64,000 nucleotides of DNA, taken from Methanothrix sp. (GTDB lineage Archaea; Halobacteriota; Methanosarcinia; Methanotrichales; Methanotrichaceae). The notes beneath the pieces were generated by a model, which was not told where the DNA came from, ran no database searches, and saw nothing but the letters and a program-made list of their open reading frames with translations. The stretch spans positions 32,001-96,000 of the forward strand of contig JBAXWY010000002.1 of assembly GCA_037128175.1 (NCBI GenBank). Reading direction: 5' to 3'. This document shows, in pieces, positions 1-10,030 of the stretch. Each line of letters begins with the position of its first letter. The stretch's first letter is position 1. A program made the translations under genes and the position numbers.

Positions 1-201
1 GGTTGGACATTATTATTAGGATACTTTCAGGCTTAAACCCCTTATGATGCGCGACAGATTGGGGATTCGCTTTTTTTGCTTTGTAACTAGATAGATGTTT
101 CTCTACCAGGAATACAACATTTTGAGCCAGTATAAGCGGCCAGCAGCGTTGTGGTGAAAATCGTAAGGCCCAGAGTATAGCCCAAATGCGCCTTAATACT
201 A

Positions 202-1332
202 CTAACTTGACAATTTCGTGTTAGCATTCTTGAACTCCTCCATGAAGCGATCGTTATCTTCCGACCTGCCCACAGTGACCCGCAAGCAGTGCTCCCCGGA
301 GCCGGGAAAGGAGCTGCAATCCCGCACTACAATCCCCTGGCAGAGCAGCCGCTCCACTACCACCTCTGATTTCTCCTCGGTATGAACATAGAGGAAATTA
401 CCCTCCGAGGGATGAGCAGAGGCCAAGCTCTGGCGCATTCTCTCTCGCTCCGCGACTATTTTGCCCACACACTCCCTCATCCAGCCCAGATCCTGCAGCG
501 CGGCCACGCCCGCCGCCAGAGAGAGACTGCTTATGCCAAACAGTGGTGCAACGCGCCGGTACTGCCGGGCGATCCAGGGCGGAGCTACGGCATAGCCCAG
601 GCGCAGCCCGGCCAGGCCGAAGGCTTTGGAGAGGGTGCGGCCCACTACCAGGTTATCGTACTCTCTCACCAGCTTTAGCAGGCTCTTTCCGGCAAACTCG
701 GCATAGGCCTCGTCCAAAAAGACGATTGATTCGGTGCTTTCCACCACGGCCCGCACGTTTTCTTCCGAGAGGGCATTTCCCGTGGGGTTGTTGGGCGAGC
801 ATAGAAATGCCATCTTGATTCCTTCCGGGATTTTCCGGTCCACAGAAAAGCCGGCAAGCCTGGGCTGATAGTGGGGCACAGCCCCGCAGAGCTCCACTGC
901 CAGGCCATAGAAATTGTAGGTGGGCACGGGAATGAGGACCTTGTCCCCGGCCCCCAGGAAGATGCGGCAGATAGTAGTAATGATCTCATCCATGCCCGCT
1001 CCCGCCACCAGACACTCTTCTGGATAGCTCGTGTACCCGGAAAGAGCCTTTAAAAATGGCCGGGAATCAGGGTACCTGTGCAGAGATACATCGGTTAAAG
1101 CCGCGCGGACGCGGGGGCTCGCGCCGTAAGGATTCTCATTTCGGCTGAGCATAACGATGCGCTCCTGGGAGATGCCGTATCTTCGCGATATCTCCGCTGC
1201 ATCGGGGCCGGCCTCATCCTCCTCCAGTTGGGCCAGATAGGGCAGGACATTCTTGGTAAAATCCGCCTTGTCGCTCACAGTTCTTCCTTGACAAGGATGA
1301 TATTTAGGTTCCTCGTTGTTTCGAGTGGGCAA
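202..1332 (-). CDS. hisC: Histidinol-phosphate aminotransferase (likely start GTG at 1278)
   Basis: LSRNENPYG, LCSPNNPTG, DEAY and GRTLSKAFGLAGLRLGY PLP-lysine motifs. Confidence 0.9.
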   Translation of the reverse strand: MPTRNNEEPKYHPCQGRTVSDKADFTKNVLPYLAQLEEDEAGPDAAEISRRYGISQERIVMLSRNENPYGASPRVRAALTDVSLHRYPDSRPFLKALSGYTSYPEECLVAGAGMDEIITTICRIFLGAGDKVLIPVPTYNFYGLAVELCGAVPHYQPRLAGFSVDRKIPEGIKMAFLCSPNNPTGNALSEENVRAVVESTESIVFLDEAYAEFAGKSLLKLVREYDNLVVGRTLSKAFGLAGLRLGYAVAPPWIARQYRRVAPLFGISSLSLAAGVAALQDLGWMRECVGKIVAERERMRQSLASAHPSEGNFLYVHTEEKSEVVVERLLCQGIVVRDCSSFPGSGEHCLRVTVGRSEDNDRFMEEFKNANTKLSS

Positions 1333-1482
1333 TAGAATAAAATCGAGTTCTCTGTGAGTCCTCCGTGCGCTCTGTGTCTCTGTGGTGGTAGTATCGTCTG
1401 CCGTTTTTTATAGTCCGTGGTTAACGACGTTTTCAACCACAAAACAAAATCCTTTTATCTTTTCTCGGCCTTTCGTAGCGGC

Positions 1483-2307
1483 ATGTTCAAGATCGGTTTT
1501 GTGAAGCTCGGAAACATAGCCACCTCGACGGCTATTGATCTCTCCCTGGATGAGATTGCGGAAAGGTCCGACATCGAATTCAAGATCGTCAGCTTCGGCC
1601 CCAAGATGACCAAGAAGGAGGGCGAAGGCGCAGCCGAACTGTTGGCCTGGGCCCCTCAATTGGTGGTCATCTGCAGCCCCAACGCCGCGACTGCCGGACC
1701 CACGGCGGCGCGCGAGCATTTCAAAGGCGTGCCCACCATCGTCATCTCCGACGGTCCCGCCAAGAAAGAGTCGCGCGACCTATTGACGACAGAGGGATTT
1801 GGCTACATCATACTGCCCATGGACCCGCTCATCGGTGCCAAGCGCGAGTTTCTCGACCCGGCGGAAATGGCCCTCTTCAACTCCGACGCCCTGCGGGTTC
1901 TGGCCGCCTGCGGAGCCATCCGGCTGGTCCAGGAAGAGCTGGACAGCGCATTGATCAGCATCGCCGCAGGCCAGGCCAAGCTTCCCGCCATTCTGGCCAC
2001 GCCCGAGAAATGCGCCGAGCGCATGAACTTCTCTAACCCTTACGCCCGCGCCAAGGCCGTGGGGGCTCTCTACATGGCGCAGACCGTGGCCGGCATCGAT
2101 GCTGCTGCCTGCTTCCGCCTGAAAGAACTGGAGGCGATCGCCTTGGCTGCGGCCGCGGGCCATGAGGTCATGCGCGCCGCTGCGCGTCTCGCCGACGAGT
2201 CCAGAGAGCTGGAGAAGGCCAACGACACCGTCTCCCGCCGGCCCCATGCCCGCACCGGGGAACTCATGAACAAGACCCGGCTGCTGGAAAGGCCGGAGAA
2301 GATCTGA
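1483..2307 (+). CDS. mtd: F420-dependent methylene-H4MPT dehydrogenase
   Basis: KIGFVKLGNIATS...LDEIAERSDI, SPNAATAGP, DPLIGAKREFLDPAEMALFNSD, AAAGHEVMR; ATG at 1483 fits the family N-terminus. Confidence 0.95.
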   Translation: MFKIGFVKLGNIATSTAIDLSLDEIAERSDIEFKIVSFGPKMTKKEGEGAAELLAWAPQLVVICSPNAATAGPTAAREHFKGVPTIVISDGPAKKESRDLLTTEGFGYIILPMDPLIGAKREFLDPAEMALFNSDALRVLAACGAIRLVQEELDSALISIAAGQAKLPAILATPEKCAERMNFSNPYARAKAVGALYMAQTVAGIDAAACFRLKELEAIALAAAAGHEVMRAAARLADESRELEKANDTVSRRPHARTGELMNKTRLLERPEKI

Positions 2308-2515
2308 AAAACACTTTCGCCCCGCGCGGCTTGCGGCTTTATAGAAGGCCGGTGCAACTAGTATCTGTGGCAAGGAAGACTGCACCGGCCCTACAAGCTT
2401 CTGGGCAAATGGGCAGTCTTCCCATTCACCCCATTTTCTTAAGTTTCAACTCATCTTCCCATCAAAAATCAAGGATCACCGATATATCCTATTGCCACCT
2501 TAAAGTGATGCAGCT

Positions 2516-3094
2516 ATGTATTCAATCATTGCTTGCGGCATTTTTGAAAAGGAGATCGAAGCGCTGCGCTCTGAGCTGGTTTTTCCCTTTGAGGCCCACT
2601 ACCTGGGAGCAGGTCTGCACGTAGACTTCGATGAGTTAAAAGGGGCTCTCGTGGCCGAGTTGGAGAAGTGCCAAAAGAATGGAAGCGATGGGCAAATAGT
2701 AGTATACGGCCAGTGCCTCCCCTTGATTGAAGAAATCCTCGCGCCCTACCATGCTGCGCTTGCGGCATGCCAGAACTGCGTGGACGCCTTCATCACCCGG
2801 AAGGGGCTGGAAAAGAAGGCCAAGGATGGACTTTTCTTCTACCTCTCTCCAGGCTGGCTGGATGCCTGGAAGGACATTTTCCGCCGCCTTAATTGGGGCC
2901 CGGAAGAGGCCAGGATGCAGATGGGCTCATTTAAGGGAACGGTCTACCTGGACACTCTGAAAGATGCGCAGGCACGCGAGGAAGAGCTTTTAGAATTCTT
3001 TGACTTCACTAACCTACCCTTCGAGATAATGCCCGTAGATCTGGGCCACTTCAAATCCCTCATAGTAAATGCCAAAGAAAGATTGGAGGATTGA
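2516..3094 (+). CDS. DUF1638-family protein
   Basis: IIACGIFEKEI, GLH, VYGQC, NCVD and FYLSPGW motifs; overlaps the trxA start. Confidence 0.75.
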   Translation: MYSIIACGIFEKEIEALRSELVFPFEAHYLGAGLHVDFDELKGALVAELEKCQKNGSDGQIVVYGQCLPLIEEILAPYHAALAACQNCVDAFITRKGLEKKAKDGLFFYLSPGWLDAWKDIFRRLNWGPEEARMQMGSFKGTVYLDTLKDAQAREEELLEFFDFTNLPFEIMPVDLGHFKSLIVNAKERLED

Positions 3095-3504
3095 GCTTGG
3101 ACGAGTTGGAAGAGATAAAAAGGAAGAAAATGGAACAGATGAAAAAAGATATGAACGCATCAGCGAAACCGTCCGTCGAGTTGCCGGACAAGCCCGTTAT
3201 TGTCACAGACGCGACAATTGATGCCGCAGCCGGCCAGTATCCGGTCTTCATTCTGGACTGCTGGGCGGAGTGGTGCGGACCATGCCGCACGATCGGGCCG
3301 ATTATCGAGCAGCTTGCGACCGAGATGAAAGGAAAGGTCGTCTTCGGCAAGCTGAACATCGACGAGAATATGCAAACCGCCAACAAGTACAGGATCTCGG
3401 CGATTCCCACTCTGATGATCTTCAAGGACGGCAAACTCATCGATAAACTGGTGGGAGCTTACCCCAAGCCCGCCTTAGCCGCAAAAATTCAGAAGTTCCT
3501 CTGA
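3091..3504 (+). CDS. trxA: Thioredoxin with N-terminal charged helix
   Basis: WAEWCGPC active site, SAIPTL. Confidence 0.95.
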   Translation: MSLDELEEIKRKKMEQMKKDMNASAKPSVELPDKPVIVTDATIDAAAGQYPVFILDCWAEWCGPCRTIGPIIEQLATEMKGKVVFGKLNIDENMQTANKYRISAIPTLMIFKDGKLIDKLVGAYPKPALAAKIQKFL

Positions 3505-3552
3505 AGGCTAACCTTCCGAGGATCTTTCTTTTTTATTACTTTTTCTTTTCCA

Positions 3553-4143
3553 TCAAGGTATACTATTGGCAACTTTGATATCTGGATAGCCGGAGATGCT
3601 GTAAACCGGTTTGGACGAGAGAGTGTCAGGCACCTCATAAAGGGGCTTGGTTCTCGAGTATTGACTGATATTGTAAGTGGGCTTATAGATATCGGTATTG
3701 TAGGTGAATTGGGATACATTTCCCAGACGCTGGCTCACATTGAATGCGGTACTTGGTGATGTGCTGGAAGGTATATTATAGGTGGATTTGTTGCCGTACA
3801 CATCCAGGTTATTTAGTGGCTTGGGTCTCGCGAAGCCGGCCCGAAGGACCTTGGTGTGCGAAGAAGCATTCCCAGTACCCAATTGAGTGGCGACCGGGGC
3901 GCTTTTTAGGCTATCATCAGGAGAAATAGCCTTTGTCGCATCGGGGTTTGCAGCCACTGTGACGCTCGCAGTGACGTTTTGAGTCTCATTTAGCGCGATG
4001 TTCTTTGTGACATTCAGAGTCTCGTTTAACGTGATGTTCGCGGTAGCGTTCTGACTGTCTTCTGCAATTGAAGCCGGCATTAAATAGGCCAGCAGCGCCA
4101 GAGTGCAGATAAGGCCTACAAGAATTTTTTGCATAATGGTCAT
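3553..4143 (-). CDS. Secreted, probably N-glycosylated hypothetical protein
   Basis: Signal peptide; many N-x-S/T sequons; C-terminal KPxYxI-like repeats. Confidence 0.75.
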   Translation of the reverse strand: MTIMQKILVGLICTLALLAYLMPASIAEDSQNATANITLNETLNVTKNIALNETQNVTASVTVAANPDATKAISPDDSLKSAPVATQLGTGNASSHTKVLRAGFARPKPLNNLDVYGNKSTYNIPSSTSPSTAFNVSQRLGNVSQFTYNTDIYKPTYNISQYSRTKPLYEVPDTLSSKPVYSISGYPDIKVANSIP

Positions 4144-5207
4144 CTCCTTTTCCTGATTAGAACGATAGTGAGCAAGGCTAATGCTGCAACTCCAGCCGGA
4201 AAGTTGGCTTTCTTTGCCGTATCTGTGGCGTTGCTCCTCAGCAGAGATTTAGCCTCAATCACATTCTCCTCCAAATCCATAACGGCACCGCCCTGGCCGA
4301 GCAAAACGGTGCGCAGTTGGTAGATGCCCTGCTCAAGAGTTTTGTTCCAGGTGATCTCCACCGTCTCATCGTCTCCAGTAAGAAGGATAGGCGTCCTCTT
4401 CTCGGTGGTATTGAGAATGGAACCATTTTGAGATAGAATAAAGCGCAAAGATCCCGCAAAGGGAACGCGAGAGTTGCCCATGACGGTAGCGCTGGCACCG
4501 GTCTCATCTTGATAGGTCTCGGTGATCAATGCATCCTCCACAGCCAAAAAGGAATTCATGAAGGACCTTGTTTGGTTGTGATTCAGCTCCACAATCTTCA
4601 CGCGGCCCGCATACTCGCGTCCGTTTTCCAGGATCTGTTTCCATGCATAGTCCTTGGTAATCGGCAGGCCATTGCTTCCCGTGATGGGTATAACCTGCTC
4701 TCTGGTGACAAACACGGCCCTGTTCCCGTCGATGAGCATGTAGTAAATATCCACAACGGTAGGATCGCTGGCACTGATGACAAGGTGCATGCCGCGAGAG
4801 TCGGCACGAAAATCGCGCACGTCAAACCGTATGGGCTCCACTCCCCCGTAAAAGAAGCTATTGCATTTCCTGGAGACGGTGGTTCCATTTTCCCATAAGA
4901 GCGCGCAGACATCATAGCTGCCTTTCTCGGCTTTTATGGCAGGCCAGCGAATGACAAAGGTTCCCGCACCATCCAGCGTCAGGTTCCTGGTCGCGATCAG
5001 CCTTCCCTCATCCATCAGATCCAGCTCTAAAGCCATGCCGGCCACCTCTCCTTCCAGTGTAACATCAGCCGAGTCTATGCTGGAGTAGAGATTTGCAATC
5101 TCCGAAGAATGGGCTGTGCCCGTCATAGCCATCAGGGCTGCCAGGGCCACCAGGGCCGCTAAATGCCAAACCGCGCTTATTCTCATAGGACCATACCTGC
5201 CGACCAT
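4140..5207 (-). CDS. Cell-surface protein with C-terminal anchor (TM plus basic tail)
   Basis: Signal peptide; ends KKANFPAGVAALALLTIVLIRKRR. Confidence 0.75.
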   Translation of the reverse strand: MVGRYGPMRISAVWHLAALVALAALMAMTGTAHSSEIANLYSSIDSADVTLEGEVAGMALELDLMDEGRLIATRNLTLDGAGTFVIRWPAIKAEKGSYDVCALLWENGTTVSRKCNSFFYGGVEPIRFDVRDFRADSRGMHLVISASDPTVVDIYYMLIDGNRAVFVTREQVIPITGSNGLPITKDYAWKQILENGREYAGRVKIVELNHNQTRSFMNSFLAVEDALITETYQDETGASATVMGNSRVPFAGSLRFILSQNGSILNTTEKRTPILLTGDDETVEITWNKTLEQGIYQLRTVLLGQGGAVMDLEENVIEAKSLLRSNATDTAKKANFPAGVAALALLTIVLIRKRR

Positions 5208-5304
5208 TGCCGGGTATTCTGTTTTACCTTAATGGGTTTAAAACTACCGTATCGAAATAGAAGATATCAAAAAAAAAATGCCCCGAGGCTTGATGCCGGG
5301 CCGG

Positions 5305-6948
5305 CTAAATAGTCAGCCAGTTGGTGAACGGCGCGATCAAGGTTATGAGCAGGGATGTCAGCACCAACCAGGTAAGAATGGCCACGGTCGTCTTGGTGAA
5401 TCTTTCCGCCTCTGAAGGCCGGACAATCCTCTCAAAGCCGGACTGCACCAGATCCCTGAAGATATGCCCGCCATCCAATGGCACCGCAGGAAGGCAGTTG
5501 AACAGGCCTGCATAAAGGTTGATCCAGCCGATCCAGAGCAGAAGGTTGGCAATCCAGAAGAACCTGCCCCCCAGGGGCTCTGCCCATCCGCTGGGCTCAA
5601 AGACGGCGGTCAGCCAGCCACTAAAACCGGGAAAGCCCTTCTGGGTGAATCCCGGGATTCCCGTAAAAGGCAGGCTGAGCATTAAGTGAAACCCGGTTAT
5701 GCCCATGCTGGGTATATCCTTGAGTGTCTGCAAAAATTGCCTGGCCGGAACCTCCTGAAAGAGTGCGCCCCCTGATAAAACCGCATTCCCTGAGATGCCT
5801 ATGCCTATGAATCCACCGCGGTCTTCCTTGGCCGCAGCCTCTTTCGCAGTTAGATTGACCTGGTAGGTATTGCCCTGACCGGTGGATATGGCGATGATTT
5901 GGCCGGGGCGAGTGGTGTTCATCTGCTTTCTGAAGCCCTCCAGATTTGCGATCTTTATTCCATCAATTTCTGTGATCACACTCCGGGAAGGAAGACCAGC
6001 AGATTCGGCAGGCGAGCCCTTGAAGACAGAAGCCACCATGATGCCTCGCGCCGGCTCGCCGGAGAGGGGCAAGATCTGTTCTCGATCGTCATAAAGCACT
6101 TTCAGGCGGGTTGTGGAACTGCCCAGATGACTGTAGAACTGCTCGATATTGCTATCTCGGTTACCATTTACATCCAATAGCACCATGCCGCTCTCAAAAC
6201 CTGCCTTCTCTGCGCTAGAGCCGGCCTGAACATCGACTACAATCAGCCGATCCACCGGAGATATGGACCCGATGACCGGTCCGAAGAAGAGGGCCATAGC
6301 CACTGCCGCCACAATGAAATTGGAGATGACACCTGCCGATAGAATCCTGATTCTTGCCGCCTTGCTCACCTTTGCCGGCATATCTTTGTTGCCGAAGAGA
6401 TCCACTTCATCCGGCTCCACAAAAGCTGCTATTGGGGCAAATAAAACGGCTACGATTCCCATGGACTTGACGCGCACGCCCTCTACGCGACTGAGTATGC
6501 CGTGAGCGAACTCGTGCACGACCATGGTCACAAAAAGAGCAATCCAGCCCCAGACGAAGGGTATGTACTCATTTAAGCCGGGAATGAGAAGAATGTTTCT
6601 CGGAGCATTATAGCTGCTGGGCAGAGGAGGCTCCTGAATCATGTAATAGGTCATGGCAAGGACCAGTAGCAAAAAATAGGTCATGCTCAATACGACCAGG
6701 GGTATGCCTGCCGAGGCTACCAGTCTCCAGAAACTCTTGGGACGGGCCAGCCTGTCCAGCAGATCCAGACCCCTGGTAGTACGAAAGAACATGGCCAAAG
6801 GAATGCCAAACAAGCATCCTACTGAGATTCCCCGGCTTCGCCATTTTTCGCTATCTTTCAAAGGCAAAAGAAGGATGGAATACAGGCCGATCAGTGCCAG
6901 AGCTATGAGCAGCCAATCAACGTAGTCAAGCTGAAACTGCAAGTCCAA
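5305..6948 (-). CDS. Site-2 (M50) intramembrane metalloprotease with PDZ domains
   Basis: HEFAH, AFVEPD, NCLPAVPLDGGH; two PDZ-like segments (GSSAEKAG, GSPAESAG). Confidence 0.92.
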   Translation of the reverse strand: MDLQFQLDYVDWLLIALALIGLYSILLLPLKDSEKWRSRGISVGCLFGIPLAMFFRTTRGLDLLDRLARPKSFWRLVASAGIPLVVLSMTYFLLLVLAMTYYMIQEPPLPSSYNAPRNILLIPGLNEYIPFVWGWIALFVTMVVHEFAHGILSRVEGVRVKSMGIVAVLFAPIAAFVEPDEVDLFGNKDMPAKVSKAARIRILSAGVISNFIVAAVAMALFFGPVIGSISPVDRLIVVDVQAGSSAEKAGFESGMVLLDVNGNRDSNIEQFYSHLGSSTTRLKVLYDDREQILPLSGEPARGIMVASVFKGSPAESAGLPSRSVITEIDGIKIANLEGFRKQMNTTRPGQIIAISTGQGNTYQVNLTAKEAAAKEDRGGFIGIGISGNAVLSGGALFQEVPARQFLQTLKDIPSMGITGFHLMLSLPFTGIPGFTQKGFPGFSGWLTAVFEPSGWAEPLGGRFFWIANLLLWIGWINLYAGLFNCLPAVPLDGGHIFRDLVQSGFERIVRPSEAERFTKTTVAILTWLVLTSLLITLIAPFTNWLTI

Positions 6949-6958
6949 AATTTAATCC

Positions 6959-7501
6959 TCAGAGTAAGCCCTGCGCCCTCAGCTCTTCCTTGGCCAGCTC
7001 CTGATGCTTCTTCTCCAAAAAGCTATAGACATTTCCATGCGGAGCCCCATCAAGCAGCATCTCTATGGCGGTACGTGCAACTCGCATTTGCTCCGCATAG
7101 CCTAATATGGCGACCGTCTTGCCATACACAGATACCTTGGCGCCGGAGAGCCTCTCCATGATCTCACGCGACCGTCCGTCCTTGCCGATGATGCGGCCCT
7201 TGATGCGTTCCATATCGTTCTTGGTGCCTGCCATCTTGGACAGGTCCAGCACATCGAGCATCAGCATCTCGTCATCAAGAAGGGCCAGAGCCCTCTCCGG
7301 TGAGAAGCCTCTGCCGATGGCTTTTACCAGGTCTAATACTCTAAGGCCCTGCAATGGGTCTTCTGCCGATGCAATAGAGATCGCACCGGTCTCGCTGTCT
7401 ATCTCAATAGTGGTCTTGGTCTTCTCTTCGATAAAGCGCTTCATGGACCCGCCAGGTCCCACCAGCACACCTACGCGCTCTTCTGGAATCTTGATATCCA
7501 A
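6959..7501 (-). CDS. KH-domain pre-rRNA processing protein (Dim2/Pno1)
   Basis: RVGVLVGPGG, AIGRGFSPE, RIKGRIIGKDG, GAPHGNVY; next to rio1 and aIF-1A. Confidence 0.9.
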   Translation of the reverse strand: MDIKIPEERVGVLVGPGGSMKRFIEEKTKTTIEIDSETGAISIASAEDPLQGLRVLDLVKAIGRGFSPERALALLDDEMLMLDVLDLSKMAGTKNDMERIKGRIIGKDGRSREIMERLSGAKVSVYGKTVAILGYAEQMRVARTAIEMLLDGAPHGNVYSFLEKKHQELAKEELRAQGLL

Positions 7502-7506
7502 TTTAA

Positions 7507-8313
7507 TCAGCCTTCTTTTTTGTCGATCTCTTCAATCTCTTCTTTGTCTTTGCGAAGCCTTGCCCAGATCTCTTCTGGGGAGCCCACGTTATATTTTTTC
7601 TTAAAGTAATGGGCCACGTTGGCTATATCGCGCTCCAGAAATCTTCTGGCCATGGGATGGTCCAGCGTAACAGACTGCCCCATATCTATTATCACCGGAT
7701 CGCCTTCGTCATAAAGTATATTGAACTCGCTCAGATCGGCATGAACGAGCTTCCCACGGTTATAGAGCACCGAGATATATTCGACGATTTTTTCAAAAAT
7801 GCGCTTAGCGTCCTCAGTCTCCAGTTCCACGTCTCTTAGCGGAGGAGCAACATTCTCGCCTTTGCCGATAAGATCCATAACCAGTATGTTCTCCCTCATG
7901 GCTATGGGATGGGGCACGGCTACACCCACCTCTTCCGCTCGCGTCAGGTTCCGAAATTCCTTCCGGGTCCAGGCCGCGACAATAGCTCTCTTTGTGCCCT
8001 TCACGTTTCCAAATCGTGGATCGCCATGCAAGTAGTCCTGCATGGAATTGAAATTGCTGGTAGAGATGCGGTAAATCTTTAGGGCAAGCTGTTTTTCACC
8101 CACGATGGCCTTAAAAATGTTGGCTTCTTTGCCGGTGCAGACGGACCCGCCCAGAGCATCGATTACGCCCTTGCTGGCCAAGCTGTAAAGGTCCATCAGG
8201 GTGCGCTTATCGAAGACAGCATCCTGGACGTTTAGATCATCGGAGTCCTTTATCCTGGTACGAAGAACATCGATCTTGGTATCGAAATCTTCATCCTTGG
8301 TACGCCGGCTCAT
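7507..8313 (-). CDS. rio1: RIO1 serine protein kinase
   Basis: TGKEANIF, ALKIYR, KEFRNL, LVHADLSEFNIL, IIDMGQSV. Confidence 0.93.
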   Translation of the reverse strand: MSRRTKDEDFDTKIDVLRTRIKDSDDLNVQDAVFDKRTLMDLYSLASKGVIDALGGSVCTGKEANIFKAIVGEKQLALKIYRISTSNFNSMQDYLHGDPRFGNVKGTKRAIVAAWTRKEFRNLTRAEEVGVAVPHPIAMRENILVMDLIGKGENVAPPLRDVELETEDAKRIFEKIVEYISVLYNRGKLVHADLSEFNILYDEGDPVIIDMGQSVTLDHPMARRFLERDIANVAHYFKKKYNVGSPEEIWARLRKDKEEIEEIDKKEG

Positions 8314-8338
8314 AAAGTGCCTTTCAAGAAGATTCCTT

Positions 8339-8662
8339 TCAAGAAGTTCCTTTCAGAAATCCCTTGCGCTGCAGCCAGTCCACCTGGGGGCCTGTGTATC
8401 TCCAGACTACATCGGCCTTCTCATTCTGGATTTCCCAGGGAATGACAATAACCACATCACCCTGTCTAATCCAGATCCTCTTCTTCATCTTGCCAGGTAT
8501 GCGCCCCATCCTGGTGATGCCGTCGATGCATCTCACCTTTATGCGATTGGCTCCAAGTAAGCTTTCCACATGACCGAATATTTCTCGATCCTGTTTGCGG
8601 GGGAGACGGACTCTGGTAATTACAGCTCCTTCTTCTTCCCTGCCACGACCTCTATTATACAG
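8339..8662 (-). CDS. eif1a: Translation initiation factor aIF-1A (107 aa, apparent CTG start)
   Basis: RVRLPRK...[38 protein letters not shown]; the frame is open to CTG at 8662, SD GAGGTGA is 4 nt upstream, and an in-frame TGA lies just beyond. Confidence 0.9.
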   Translation of the reverse strand: MYNRGRGREEEGAVITRVRLPRKQDREIFGHVESLLGANRIKVRCIDGITRMGRIPGKMKKRIWIRQGDVVIVIPWEIQNEKADVVWRYTGPQVDWLQRKGFLKGTS

Positions 8663-8810
8663 CTTATCACCTCAAATAATAATTATGGACACGAGACTCA
8701 TGGAATCTTCGGGGCCGCTCTTGCCCCGAGTAGCCAAAGTATCTTTCTTTTCGCCCTTCGGCTAAAAACCACTCTTAAATAGTTAAAGCTTGTGTCGGCC
8801 AAAATGCAAA

Positions 8811-8884
8811 TGGGCCCGACGCGATTCGAACGCGTGATCCCCGCCGTGTGAAGGCGATGTCATAACCAGCTAGACCACAGGCCC
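8811..8884 (-). tRNA. tRNA-Val(CAC)
   Basis: GGGCCTG/CGGGCCC acceptor stem, anticodon loop TTCACAC, T-loop TTCGAAT. Confidence 0.95.
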
Positions 8885-8999
8885 TCGAAGTAAGCCTAGT
8901 AAGTCATCAGCTATTTGTATCTTGCCCTTGGGAAGAGAACGGCAAAACTCATGCGCCTAGGAATTATTTAAATACTAATTCGCGAAGCTAATAAAACGA

Positions 9000-9785
9000 A
9001 TGAGTTTCATTTTGCGAAACCCAGCCTACACCTTTTATGAGCGGCTTTTAAAGTCACGCATTCTTGCCGGAGAGCCGGTGGAGCATGTGGCCATAATTCA
9101 GGATGGAAACCGCAGATATGCCCTGCAAAAAGGCCTCTCCAGGTTCCTGGGGCACAGCCTTGGTGCCGACACCTCGGAGAAGGTCTCCGATTGGTGCCTG
9201 GAGGTAGGTGTTAAGCATCTTACCCTCTATGCCTTTTCCACAGAGAACTTTGATAGGGACGAGTTGGAGAAGCGCTATCTCTTTGATCTGATCAAAAACA
9301 AGTTTGGGGAGCTTTGTCGCTCCAAAAAAATTCATGCCAACAGGGTTCGCGTAAGGGCCATCGGCAGGGTGGAGATGCTGCCCCTGGACCTTCAGGAGGA
9401 GATCTGCCGCACTGAGGATGCCACGCGAGAATATGAGACGATGTACCTGAACGTAGCCCTGGCCTACGGCGGCCAACGCGAGCTGGTAGACGCAGCGCGA
9501 TTCCTGGCGCGCCAGATAAGAGAGGGAAAGATCAGGGCAGAAGATGTGGACGAGGATCTGATCGCAACGCACCTCTATCCGCAGGACGGCATTTCTGTGC
9601 CCAAAGTGGATCTGATCATCAGGACGGGCGGGGACAGCCGCACCTCCAACTTCTTGCCCTGGCAGGCCAACGGCAATGAGTGTGCCGCATACTTTTGTGC
9701 GCCCTACTGGCCCGAGTTTCGGAAGATCGACTTTCTGCGCGCCATTCGCACTGCCCAGACCAGGGGGCCGGGCCAACAAGCTTAA
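9000..9785 (+). CDS. uppS: cis-prenyltransferase (polyprenyl diphosphate synthase)
   Basis: HVAIIQDGNRRYA, LYAFSTENF, AYGGQ, DLIIRTGGDSRTSNFLPWQ. Confidence 0.95.
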   Translation: MSFILRNPAYTFYERLLKSRILAGEPVEHVAIIQDGNRRYALQKGLSRFLGHSLGADTSEKVSDWCLEVGVKHLTLYAFSTENFDRDELEKRYLFDLIKNKFGELCRSKKIHANRVRVRAIGRVEMLPLDLQEEICRTEDATREYETMYLNVALAYGGQRELVDAARFLARQIREGKIRAEDVDEDLIATHLYPQDGISVPKVDLIIRTGGDSRTSNFLPWQANGNECAAYFCAPYWPEFRKIDFLRAIRTAQTRGPGQQA

Positions 9786-9815
9786 TAACTAAAAGCATGC
9801 CATGAGGGATGTTTT

Positions 9816-9903
9816 GTCCCGATGGGGTAGTGGACATCCCGAAGGCCTGCGGAGCCAAAAGCGCAGAGAGCCTTCAACCCGGGTTCGAATCCCGGTCGGG
9901 ACG
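9816..9903 (+). tRNA. tRNA-Arg(GCG) with 16-nt intron at 37/38 (9853-9868)
   Basis: GTCCCGA/TCGGGAC acceptor stem; AAGGC-CTGCGG[intron]A-GCCTT; CTGC/GCAG bulge-helix-bulge. Confidence 0.92.
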
Positions 9904-10030
9904 TTGATTTACAGGCAATGGATCACGGTTTTATCGTATAGATCGCATTGGCAATGAAGATAGGTAGATAGGCCCAAGGCCAGCCTCCTCTCGACCTCAT
10001 TTCTTGGTCGCGATGCAATCGCTTTTGAGA

